Assembly (NCBI GenBank): GCA_001643675.2
Contig: LSRY02000059.1
Location: 186,001 to 250,000 of the forward strand
Source: Monocercomonoides exilis PA203
Taxonomy: Eukaryota; Protista; Preaxostyla
Length of the DNA: 64,000 nt
Reading direction: 5' to 3'
Shown here: positions 38,301 to 51,016 of the stretch, in pieces
How positions within the stretch are numbered: the first letter of the stretch is position 1
How the letters are laid out: each line of letters opens with the position of its first letter
Translations under genes and position numbers: made by a program
Notes under the pieces: generated by a model
Told to the model about the DNA's origin: nothing
What the model saw: only the letters and a program-made list of their open reading frames with translations
Database searches by the model: none

Positions 38301-41300
38301 GAAAAAGGCGCAGTGCTGGAAAAAGATGGCTTCGATGTGCCGAAGAGCAAATGGATAGTCACCAGCTGCGAGTGACAGAGAAGCCAAAGTTAAATGAGAG
38401 GAAGGGACAAGAGGATCAAGTGGACACTCTTTGTTCACAAACTGGAAGAAGTGCAAGAAATGCTCTTTGATGAACAGAGGAGCTATGGGCGATTGGAGCA
38501 ATGAAGGGAGCTTTGAAATAAATACAGAACAAAATTGAGACGATGTTTGCCAGGTGTGGAGACAACAGGAGGAGAAGAGCGAATAGGAAAGAGGAGGATA
38601 TCTCGATGCCAGTTGCACCAATGCTCGATGTGATGGCTTGTTAGTATGGATAAGCAGCGAGAGGCAGAAGAAATTGAACCAGGAAATCCAGCGCTCTTTC
38701 TGGACAGAAGCGTATGTTTGCGTAGTGATTCCAAAGGCAGGCGAACGTAAGTCAATCTCCTTGTCACTTCCCTCACTTTGTGATGGGGTTGGAATCAGAG
38801 TCTGCATAGCAGCAGAAGAGTGCACAACAGACGGAGTGATGCCTTTCACAAGAGGAATCGGCATTGGAAGTTCGCTAATGATTGATCCATTAAGAGGCTG
38901 ATCTGACTGGAAGTTGGCCATGACAAGCATCGACTGCGCCTGCTGGTTGAATATCTGCTGCTGCACATTGCTGGAAATAGACAGAGTGTCGTCAGATGTG
39001 CCAATTGATGGGAACGAGCGCAGTGGAGGCTGTGGTGCTTCGACAGACGGAGGGAAGAGATGAGCAAGTGCCTCACGTGGCGACATCACAAAGCCAGCCA
39101 AATGGAACGGATCGACAAAGAGAGGCATGGGCGTGTCAATTGGCATCCGAAGGAGGATTTCTGTGAGTGGTGGAGCAGGGAAAGAGTAGTCATCGAGTGC
39201 TGGTGGAAGAGAGAAAGATGTCTGCGGAGAGCTGAGGAAGCGTGGACGGCTGATCCCGTCAATCGAAGGAGAAGACAGAAACATCGAAGCAGAATCGTAA
39301 TGGCCAGGTGGAAGGAGCAGCTGATTGGAAGGCATCACACCAGCAGTGGAAGAGAGGGCAGATGAAATAGCCGAGTATTGCGAGACAGCAATGCGACCAA
39401 ACTGAGACGGAGATGTGCATGCTGTCTCTTCTCCACAGGCAAATTCCTGCTTTGCACGCAGCAGATGGTTCATCAGTGCACAGATGCTGTTGTCGAAGTC
39501 GGGCGAGAGAAGCTGCCCACTCAGCGACGGAATGGGGAATGTGAATGACGGGTTGGTGATTATTTCCTCTGTCGACGGATGGTTTGGTGACTGGCTTTGA
39601 ATACCAGCCACAGTCTGCTTCATCACATCCAGCATCTTCGAGCGGATGAAGGCGCAGATTGAAGATGAGTAAGGCGGAGACAGCCAAAGCGGATATTGTG
39701 GTTGCTGATAACGGCGTGTGTGCATCCGACCTGAAAGAGCAGAAGTTACACGCTCCAACTGGTGCTGAATGACTGGCGAGCTGAGGAAGGATGGGTCGCT
39801 CTGGCAGACAGGGAAGGAGACTGCTGCATTGACAGCAGGCGGAGGCAGAGGAGGTGTTGATGAGGAGAGTTGAGACAGTAGATAGAGAGGAGCAGTTGCC
39901 TGAGCATGGATAGGCGAGTGAGAAGCGTGCGGAGATGGAGAAATGGAAGAGAAGGCCTGTGATTTAGCAGTTGAAAGACGCGTGTCAGAAGAGGTGGAAT
40001 AAACAGAACGATGATCAGAAAGGTTTGGTGAAGATGAGTGCATTCTGTTTGGATTAGTCTCAGAAATGTTGGCGCTGCTTTGGAGAGTTGGCTTTTGGGC
40101 AGTGTGATTGGAAGGGAAGAAAGATGTGAACTGGATGCGATGGAACGAGGGATGGCCATGAAGAGCAGCATAATAACATTGTGTGAAGGCAGAAATGACA
40201 GTCGGCAGGTACTTTGTGAATGTGTTGCCGAGATGGGCAGCGATCTGTGTGAGTGTGATGAAGGCGTATTCTCTCAAAAACGGGGGAGGATTGCGAATTC
40301 TGATGGCAGAGCACAAAATAAGCACAAAAATGTGTGCGTGCTTTGTGAGGTTGAATGAAGAACGCATGACATGCAGCCACTGGACAAGAAGCAGCGGAAG
40401 CGACGGGAGAGGAGAGAAAGGGTTGATGCCAGTGACACACATCAGCGCGAATGCTGCTCTGTAATTGAAGGTCAGCTCGTCCAATGCAGACGACGCAGCA
40501 GGCGCTGCCAGAAGAGAGTCAGATGCTGTGCCAGGCGAAGGAGCAAACTCAGAGATGGAGAAAGTGGATGAAGGAGCAGAGGAGAAAGACTGGGGAGACA
40601 CAGAATTGTCACCATGGGAGTGCTTTTGCTTCGGATGGAGAGAAGCCACCAGAATGGAGAAAGAAGAAGAAAGAGACTCAACAGCATCGATCATCAGCAT
40701 CTCGGCATTTGCTGGCTGGATGACAGAAAACAGAGGAGAAATAGAAAAACGGGGAGGCACTTGCAGGTCTGCTTTGGAAGGGGCTGTCTGTTCCATACCA
40801 TCCCATCTGCGATCAGGATAGAAAGTGGTGTCGTTCTCGAACTCATCGATGAATCCGAACAATATTTCTGATGTCCGCCACAACAGTTCACTGTCGTATT
40901 CCTTTGATTGGTGGGACATGATGGCTGGATAAGACGAATATGTCATCACCGACTGAGCAGACGGGGTGGGTGAGGGAGATCGAGATGGAGAAGAGCTGCT
41001 TGAATGAGAAGAGTAATGCGACAGACGGGTGCCTCCAACATCCTGCAGAGGCAGAACAGGCTGGATAAAGTGGAAGAAAGAAGTGGATGGATAAAACAGC
41101 TGCTGGACAGACGATGGAAGAGCTGCAAAAAACGGCGTGTTCGTCTTCTGGCGCTGGGAGTACATGGGAGACGAAGCAGAGTCTGAAAACCTGTCCACAG
41201 AAGACGTGGTCATCAGCATCGAACTGGACGGTGTGCGCTTCAGAGAAGACTGTGCTGCGCTTTCCTTCGAACGCGATGTGCTCATTCTGCTCAGCTCGTT

Positions 41301-44300
41301 TGACTGCGACGAAGAGCGATGGACAGACGAAGAGGCAGCCTGCTCTTTGCGGGAAGAGGCCTTTTTGGATGAGGATTTTGTGGCTGGGTGGGGGAATGAA
41401 GAGACAGAATACGACTCAGTCAGTCTGGGCGACTGCTGCACAGGAGAAGCAGTGGATGTTGGGGGAACGGACGAGGCAAAGCGAGCACGTGGTTTGGACG
41501 AGGCTTCTTCAATATTGTGGTTCATCAGCCGATAGAAGATGAGGAAGATGGTGTCAGCAAATGGCTGCATTTGCTTGCCCAGGGCAGCAAAGATGCGCAA
41601 AACGAGGATGACAGACAGCACTTCCAAAAGAGGGCGAAGCGGAGAAGAAGGAAAAGGAGACGGTATCTGCGAATCAGCAGCAGATGGCATTCCATTTGAA
41701 GACAGCTGCTCAGACGAAGAATTCAGAGACGAAGCAGTGCCTGTCTGATTGATGCGAGAAAGGGGCTGCCGATCAGCTTGGAAAGCAGAAGCCGAATAAG
41801 ACAGTTGGGCTGCATTTGATGAAGCTGACTGTCCTTTCAGCTGGTTGGCAGACACAGGTGACGATGTCATTGCAGATTTTGAGGAGTTGCTTGGTCGCTG
41901 TCCCACCCATCCTGTTGTGGCAGCAGCGAGGTCACCTGGTTTGTAATAGCTGTGCTGTGGCAGATGGCTGGTAGATGACGAACTGTTGGATGAGGAAGGA
42001 GAGGATGCAAGGCGCGGGTCAGAAGGAGCAGGAGAAGAATTCAGAATGTTCTGCTGGATGTTTGCCAGAGGATAGACATCTGAAGTCGATCTGTGTGTCA
42101 GTGCAGACTGGCAGGCATTGCAGAGAGAGACAGAGTTGTGTTGGAAGGAAGGTGACTCATTGGATGTCTTGTTTGTGCTCAGAAGTATTCCACACTTTGT
42201 GCAAAACACGCTCGGCGGGCATTGTTGCAGCAAAGGGTCGAAGAAGCGGATGAGGCGGTGGACGAGGGCAGGCACGAAGGGATACAGAATCTCGGGTGAC
42301 AGAAATGCTGTCTTGTCGATGAAGGAAAGAGAGACGATTGGGCTGAGGTCGCTCCAGGCAGCGAGAATGATTGAGACGACGTCAGACAGCCACGGGCGGA
42401 GGTGCTTCCGGAAGATGGTGATGGACTCGCCAAGAATGAGGATCAGCTGCTCAGCCAGTCGGACATCTGCTGCAGGGACAGAAAAGGGAAGATGAAGCCC
42501 TTCGTCTGATAGAGTCTCCGGAGAGGAGGGAAGAAGAAGCGTTTGGAGCTTCTTCACGAAAGACGGCACGATCAGCGGAATAAACAGCTTTGCATCTCCA
42601 AATGGAAGCCTGCAGAAGAGGATGTCTGTGATGACCTTCAGAACATGGCCGAGGAAGGAGGCTGTGCTGAGGAAGTGGAGGGCAGAAGAGGAAGACGAGT
42701 AAGCAGCAGATGTCAAGGCAGAAAGAGAAGGAGGCTCGTGGAGCAGATTCAGCAGTGCTTTGAACAGGCACCAGTCGCAGTAGTGTGGAGATGAAGGCAG
42801 GATGACCTCAGAAGGTGTGTTGGATGTCTTTTTCTGTGGAATGCCTTTGACACTCTCCTCGTTCTGTGCAAGCACTTCATCCACTGCAGAGGCCATCCCA
42901 ATCGGAATGTCGTATGCTGCTGCTCCTCCAACTGCTATCCCAAACCCACCGTCCCGTTCGCCTGCTTTCTCGCCTATTCCTCCGTTGCCTCTTTCGTCGC
43001 CATCTCCATCGCGCTCTTTCTCTCTCTCTTTGTCTTTGTCTCCCTTTCTGTCGTTCTTGTCCTTCTTCGTAGGCTCAATGTAGAATTCTTCAATCCCAAT
43101 CTCCATCTTCGTCTTCGTGTCAGGCAGAACAGCCAGTAACTCTCTTGTGATGACTGCTGGCAGCGTCTCCAACTCCTTCGTGATGCTTTGTGCTGTCTGC
43201 AGAAGATGCTGATTCAACTTCGTGGCAAATGACATGCGTGCTGGGAAGAGTGTGTTGCTATCTGCAATCTGAGCCAGCTGCTTGTCAAGCGATGGATCAG
43301 AGGCAGAGGAAGATACAAAGGAGCGTGTGGACATGCGGTGCACGATGGCTGTTTCGAGAAGAGAGAATGAGAAATCGTTCCAGCCATCTGCCTCCTTCAG
43401 GATGGTTGACGGGCGCTGTGGTGGATGGTGCGTGGTCATCTGGAAGAGAGGGTTGTTAATTGTTGGCTTGATGTTGAGTGGCATCGACAGCGACTCCGCC
43501 AGCGCTGTGGACTGCCCTTTCAGCCGGCGATGGACAGCACGCGAGGCAATCGTGCGATAATTGGCGACTTTCCCGTCTGGTGTGTATGTGATGTTGGCTG
43601 AGGTGTCTTCGGCAAAGCGATGGCCGATGCGGTTCATGCCGCGCGAAAGGAAAGAATCGTCTAAGGGATTGTATTTGTTGTCTTCTGAGGCAAATGTTGA
43701 CGCTGATGATTCTGAGTCAGATGAGATGTCACTCGAAACGAGAGAAAAGCATTCTGAGTCGATGTCAGATGAAGACAGTGATGTTGAATAGTCTTCGTTC
43801 TGAAAGTTTGCCCCATTCATGTTTTTTGAGTGAATGAACTCTGAAGCTGACGATTCAGCTGCTGCAAGAGATGATGCTAAGTCGTGAAAGCGCTCAGCAG
43901 AGCTGACTGAACTTGTAGATGCTTCGCTTTCAGAGCCGTCAGAGGAAAGAGGAGGCTGCAGCCAGCCATCAACAGTTGAGAATGTCTCATCAATGGCATC
44001 TTCGTTGTCATCTTTGGAGGGCTCATTCGAGGGAGACACTGCTTTCTCCACAAACGAGGCATGGGGCATGTGTCCAGTGTGTTGTGTGGATGAGTTGATT
44101 GCTTGAATGCCCATCGGACTCAAATCCAGCGCCTTTGTGAAAAACAACATCGGATTGGCATGACGCTTTCTGCGTGTCAGCATCGTAAACACCTTTTTCC
44201 TTGCTTTTGCTCTCAGAATGGCTTCAGTCTTTTCCATTCTCAGCTCATCCGGAAAGTTCATTTCGATGAATGATGCATCTGAGAGAGGGTTGAGTGGGAT

Positions 44301-47300
44301 GACCTCCATCTGTGACTGCCTCAGCCCATGTGGCGTGGAATGTGTGAGTGGTGTGAGACACGACGCAGATGGGTTGAAGATGCTCCTCAAATCTGTCTTC
44401 GCAGGCTTCATCTTGAATCTGTCTCTGTGGACAATCGGGCGGATGAAGCTCTGCTCTTTCGCATAGACACGCTTCGCACGAGGCTTCTGCGGTGGCTGAG
44501 GGAGTGCTGGCTGCTGCTGAGAGGTCATCAGACTCAAAGAAGATGAAGTCTGGCCATCTTTTGGGATGTCTTCTTGAATCGTCTTCAGCTCAATCATCGT
44601 TCCTTTGGCATCTACAAATGAATGTTCAGTTGCTGTAACGACTGCTGTTGATGTTGTTGCAGTGGCATTTGAAGGAAATCCGACCTCTTTCTCATAAAAT
44701 GTGGAGGACGAAGAGAGAATTGTTGGCATATTTTGAGCCGGAATGTTGTACTGCTGCTGAGGTTCTGTTATTTCTGAGACTGGTGTTTGTAATGTGACTG
44801 AAGAAGAAGAGGAGGAGGAGGAAGATGAATTTGATACGATATTTGTTGTTTGTTGTGCCTTCAAAGCAGCAGGCAGTGTTTTGAATGCGATTGTTGAAGG
44901 AACCCCCGAATGGTGTCTGAATGCAAAAGGGATGCTGTCGAGCGGATAGGCATCAGCATTAGCAAGTGCCTGTGGATCATTCTGAAAGTCGTGTTGTGCC
45001 AAAAATGCCTCTTGCTGGCGGAGCAGGCGGCGATACATGTGGCGATGGCGCCTGCGACGGCGGTGGTGCTTTTGGAGAGCGTGGTTCTTTCTCTTCAGTC
45101 TGTATCGTTCACTTTGGGGCAGCTGGTATCTGATCATCGCCTCAGTGAAACTCTTCGCGACGTGTCTGTCCTTCTTCAGCTGTGCTGCCTTCTCTTCTCC
45201 TCTTTTCGCTTCTCCTTTTCTGCTCATCTGCTGCTTCGATCTGAGCGACTCTTCGATTTCTCTTCTGATCAAAATCTCGCTGTCTGCAAAGCGTGCCTGG
45301 CTGAGTGCTCCAAAGGCTCCGAGAAAGCGGAGCGAGTGCAGCTGGACTTCTCTGGGAAACAGAGAGGAGGAGACGAGGAGACGGGCAGCGACATAAGAGA
45401 GGGGCACTTGGCGGACGAGAGGGAGGCCAGACAGAGAAGCAGTGGAGAGAACGACAGAGACAGCAGCGAGGATGTGCTGGAGGGTGCTTGTGCGCTCGAT
45501 GTTGAAGAAGACGCGGAAGAGGTTGTTCAGAAAGGGCACAGCAGAGACAGAGAGAGAGAGAGGCAGAGTGGTCTGTGCATAAGATGCGTATGAATGGTGG
45601 ATGGCGTCGACGATGATGTCCATGCTGATGCCGACATGAAGAGGAGGCACAACCAAATCGCTGAGTGGGGACAAGACAGAGGAAGGCAGCACACTCATCG
45701 CATAGTGGCGGTGCAGGGCAGTCACAAAGCTTGTGATCATCAGAGTGAACTGATGCTTCGGAATTGGGTTTTTGATCAGGCCGAGCGGATAGCTGCACGA
45801 CGCGTGTCTGCTTTGGTCGTAAAAAAGCTCAGAGAGGATGAGCGTGAGCATCATCGCTGCTTGTCTGAAGGACAGCACACCTGCCGTGACCAGCTCTTCT
45901 GTGTGTATCACTCCCTTCGCAATGGCCATGTGCGAGAAGAGCGAGTGGTGCACAAATGTCGATGCGCCTATTGCCCCCATCCGCTGCTTGACAGGCAGCA
46001 GGTTCTCGCTGCTGTCTGAAGAGAAGCCGGCTGGGCGGAGGGCGCTGTGTGGGTAGAACGAGTTGAGCAGCTTGGCAGAGAAGCCGAAGATGTCGCTGAT
46101 GCCAGCAGATGTCAGCAGATGCGGCGAGGCAAAGATCGAAAGGTAGTTCGGCTTTGGCGGGTGGACTGATGTGAAGGGCTCGGCGATGAAGGAGCGGACG
46201 AGATAGTTTGCAGAGTCCACCACGAAGGAATGCTCACGAGATCCATCGTTGAGCGAAAAGGGGGCAAATTGAGGGATCTGAACGGAGAGAGGCTGGGTGA
46301 GGGAAGAGGAGGAGGTCTTGAGAAGAGCCTGCTGCTGAGAGAGAGAAGAAGACGAGGAAGAAGAAGTGGAGCCAGCAGCAGAGGAAGAAGTGGAAAGCGT
46401 CAGCTGAGGAAGAAATGAAGCGTTTGGGTGTTGTGAAGGAGAAGATGGGGAGAGAGAAGGAGAGACATAAGTAGATTTGTATGAAGGTGTTCTGCTTTTT
46501 GGTGAAGGTGGATAAGGTGAATTGCCAGACGGTGAGGTGTTTGAGGATGAGGTGACGATGACTGAGGAATGAGGTGCGGATGAAATGTGCGTCGAAGTGA
46601 AAGGGATGTTGAGGGGTGACATGGGCTTGATGACTTCTGAGGTGGGTGTGTGCGGGAAGAAGGGAAGGAGCTTGAACGAGTCGTCGTCGCGAAGAGCATA
46701 CTTCGACTGGGACACGCTTATTGTCGGCATTTTGGTGAGGGAGAGGATGGATGGCTGGGAAGAAGGGTGAAATGCCTGGGAGAGGGCAAGGGAGACATAA
46801 TGAGAGGAGAGGGCGCTGTTGTAGCAGGCAGAAGATGGAGGCAGGCTGATGCGCTGCTCCTTCAGAGATGTCTTGTTGGCTCCGCTGGTGTCTTCGAGGA
46901 AAGGGAGAGGGGTGAAGCAGTTCATCAGATCCATCCCTTGCGGCTGCTCAGCAGAAGACACGCGAAAGGGCACAGTTTCCAATGGAGTGTGTGCCTGGAC
47001 ATACGACAGCGACTCAACAGAGCCAGAAGAAGGGACAGAAAGTGGGTCCAGCGCCTCTGCAGCTGCTGAGTGCATTCTGAGGGCGCTGACCATCTGCTTC
47101 GTGAGAGACTGCAGCGGAGACACGACCAGCTGAGAGGAAGGGTATTGGAGCATCACACGCAGAAGAAGGCCAGCCCCAGCCAGCCGAAGCTCAAAATGCA
47201 CCGAGTTGAGGCAGAGCGAGATGGCGCTGATGATTCCGTGCTGGTTGAGCAGCCGGTCAAAAGCGCGGGGGATGGAGCGGAGGATGAAGACACTCAGAGG

Positions 47301-50300
47301 AAGAGGCGCTTCTTGTTGGATGATTCCCACCACCTCCTCCAGCAGCCGTGCAATGGCAGCATCGGTGAAAGGGGTCTGTTTGTGATGTGGCTCAGTCTGT
47401 GAGATGAAGACGCTGTGGTGATAGGTGAGGAGCAAGAGATGGTAGTAGAAGGCAGAGCAGGCGAGAATGCGGTTGAGGAGGGTGTCTGAGCGGATGATGG
47501 GCAGCAGAAAGGGAAAGAGGAAGATTGTGTCAGCGCCTCTGAAGTCGAAGCGAGACAAGAAGAGAAGCACGTCAGCCAGTGGAACATCATTCAGAAAGGG
47601 TGTGAGGGACATTCGTGTGGCAGCAGAAGAGGATGAAGTGGAGAGAAGATGAGGCGATGCCACAGGCGAAGCGCTGGTTCTGATGGAAGGCGGAGAAGAA
47701 TGCAGTTGGGAAGCAGAATAAGACAGGTTTGGTGAAGTGGGTGTGGTGATGGCAGAGAGGATGGTTGGCTGGTAGGCAGACAAAGAGGCATCTGCAATGG
47801 GCGCACCAGCTGCATTGGCAGAAGAAGGAGGGAGTGTGCCAGAGGCAGCAGGCGAGTCGGCAGTCAGATGGGAGACGGCGGGGCAGCCGATGAAGGGCAC
47901 GTTGTAGATGACAGAGTGCTGAGGGATGTAGCGCTGGAGAGAGAAGAGGATGTGCTCAATGACAACAGGGCGGAAGGCGGGGAGGCGGGAGACAATGGCA
48001 GACAGCACGAATTCCAAGGCAGGCGAGTAGCGAAGAGTGAGGAGCTCCTCCACGAAGAACAAGGAGCAGATGGTCGGATCGTCCCCGAAGACAAGAATGA
48101 AGTGCGCAATGAAGATCAGCTCGGTCTCTCTGTATGGTGGTGTGGCCTTCTGTTTGAACGAGAAATGAGGAAGAAACTGAGGCGGACTTTGTGACGTGGC
48201 CAGCGCGATGGGTGTCTCAAAAGTGGAAGGGCTGTCTTCGATGCGCAGGAAGGAGAATTGAAGAAGTGGCTTAATCTCGTTTGCAATGGATGTCAGGATG
48301 TTCTTCGGCAGATTGGCGACAGAAAGCACCAGGCGCGACAGAGACTCGTATCCGTATGCTTTCTCCTCGTCTGTCCGGAGCGTCTCGCAGAATGTGGCAG
48401 CGAGTGTGAACGCCGGCAGAAAGAGGGTGCAGCTGTGGAGCGGGTCAAACGTGACAATCGACAGCAGCACATTGATGGCTGCAGCCAGAATGAGCGGCGA
48501 CTTGGGAAAAGTGACAACAGCAGCACGAGCAATGGCAGCGATCTTCTCAAACACAAACACATCGACCATCGCTTCAGACAGATGCGACCCGAACGACAGA
48601 ATTGTCGAGAACACTGTTGACATCCCGCTGAATCGCGGCTGTCCTTTCTCTCCTTTCCGCATCATCCCTCCATCTCCTCCTGCTCCTCCACAGCGCTCGT
48701 CATCCAGCTCTGCCTCGGCTGTTGGGCGTGCCGAGGGAGAGCCCACTGCCATCAGCCCAGAGCGGTTGTGTGGCGGAATCCCTGAGCCGCCGGGGGTGTT
48801 GCGAGGGTTGATAGGCATCTCATACTTGCAGAGGAGGAGGAACGAGAACAGCGTGTTCAAAGGGAGCTCTGCATAGAAGAGCGCCATACATCTCAGCGCA
48901 TCGATCGTCTCGCCTTCGGTGCGGAAGCAGCGCGAGTCGAGGTCTGTTTTGGCACCGCCGCTGCTGAGGGAGGCAAATGATGTCTGTGTGTTAATTCCGA
49001 GGGCAGAGTGGGTGCCTTCATCGCCCAGCTGCGAGCGGCTGTAGAAGATGTCGAGCAGTGCGCTGTCAGGTGGCACGACGAGAGAAAGGCTGTGGTGGAA
49101 GAGGGCAGACAGCGATGCCACCATTCGGGTGTATGAGGCGTGGCTGTGTGGCAGAGCAGCTGAGGGAGAAGAGGGCGTGTAGACAAGACGAGTCAGCCGC
49201 AGGGCACCTCTGACGATGGCGAAGGCATCTTCGTGCAGCTGTTTGATGCTGCTGATGACAGGATGGCCAGACACACCTGCACATGCACTCAGAAGATCAA
49301 CACAGTGTGGGGCTAGGAGAGCGGGAGTTGTACGGAGGATGGCTGCCAGCAGTGTTACAGAGAATGCTAAGTGGTGCACAGCTGTTGAAAGATCGGAATC
49401 TGAATGAGAGTTAAAAAAAGAAAGAAAATAGAAATGGAAAGAGAAATATTTTGTGAATTAAACAAATTATTAAATGATGTTGTTGAACAAACAAATTACA
49501 AGAAAAAACAAATCAAAACAATAAAATCTTACAAATTCATTATTCCATTGAATTCAATCCAAATGATAAATTTTTCTTTGATTGAAAATTGATTAAATAT
49601 TTTTCGAATACCTGCTTGTTTTGTTCCTGTTCCGAAATTACTGCTTCCGCCTTTGTGAGACTCCGAAGCATACATAAGCGAAGATTCTGTGAAAAAATCT
49701 CCACGATTCATTTCCCTTAAGAGTAAATGTGGAGAAGTTGCTGAGGTTTGTTTGAACAATTCATAATGAGTGGATGTCTGTGGTCCAAGATTCGATATTG
49801 CCATTGATATTTGATCGTGAATGTATTGAGCAATTGAAGCAAGTGCTCTCGTTGTTTTATTTGCATTAAACTTCATCTCAATTTGGCGATCTTCTTGAAT
49901 TGTTGATCTGTTGCTCATTTTTTTCGTGAAATGTTCTTGAGTCTCCTTAATCTTTATGAACAATGATATCAGATGAAGAAAGGTTCTAATCCAAAGATAT
50001 CTCATTTGTGATGTTGTAGGAGGAACAAAATGTGATAATATTTGCAAATATTTTGGAAATTGAGGCAGATATAAAATACTAAAAAGTTGATTTGAATCTG
50101 AAAGAGATAGATCCAAAAAACAATCAAATAATGCAAGTCCTGCAATTGATTGAACAGAATCTGACGAAGATATAAGCTGTTTAATAATTGCCATGTTGTA
50201 CTGCAAAATAGATATTGTATTTATTGAAATGTGTGTTTTTATTTCAATAATTATTTCCAATAAAATATAAATTTCAAGAAAAGCAAAACCTCGAGTAGTA

Positions 50301-50527
50301 ATTGAGCATCTTTGTACGTGTACTTTAAAATTTCTTTCTGTAGTGCCTCGAATAATTGACGAGATGCTGCAGAGAGATTATGACTGGCATCTGCAAAGAA
50401 TACGAATAAAATGAAAAGAGTTTAATATAATTTCATTATAATAAGCAATTTAAATGCAATTAGTTTGATGGTTTTAACATTAGAGCAAAATACCGTTGAG
50501 AAAAGCTTGGATTGAATAAACAGACAT
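32316..50527 (-). CDS. TOR: Giant TOR-family PIKK kinase (~5,935 aa, 4 exons)
   Basis: Exons 50527-50494, 50390-50290, 50200-49612 and 49399-32316 sum to 17,808 nt in frame. FAT end (PQLVARL, HPQVVVFPL), FRB (ELIRVAV), kinase (SKQHPRR, LLKGHEDIRLDERMMQL, GLGDRHPSN, HIDYGDCF, PERVPFRLTRML), FATC (LGWCIFW). Confidence 0.95.
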
Positions 50528-51016
50528 CCAAGTAAATAGTTATATTTCCATTGATCAACGAAAAAAAAACTTGAAATTATTCAATTCTCATTCCATAAAA
50601 GGTCAATTGTTTAATGTTACCAAATTCCTTTGTTAATCACAAAAAAATGGAATTTGGATAATTCATTTGCGAATCGTTATGAAAAAACAGTTGCAGCATT
50701 CAGCTTTCACAATAAAAAAACTCTCCTTTAAAAAAATTAAAACATACAACTTTGAAAGAAATATTACTCTAACAAATTAATTCTCCCTGAATTTTTGGTG
50801 AATAATTTTTTTTCAGACTTTTCAAATTTACCTTTTTATCAATTTCACAAAATACAAATATTAGCAGATTAAATGTTTTCATAAAACTGCCCTCGTTTGA
50901 GATGAAAAGAAAAAATAAAATAATTAAAATAAAAGTTCAGACATAAAGTCAAGCGCATCATTCGTTTAAAAAATGTGGATCAACTACAAAACAGTTAAAA
51001 ACTCAGAAACACTATC

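Noticed and set aside
32431-49407. Many + strand ORFs overlapping TOR, and similar antisense ORFs over other genes
   Set aside because: Shadow ORFs from GC-richer, Ser-biased codons on the opposite strand; no recognisable motifs.
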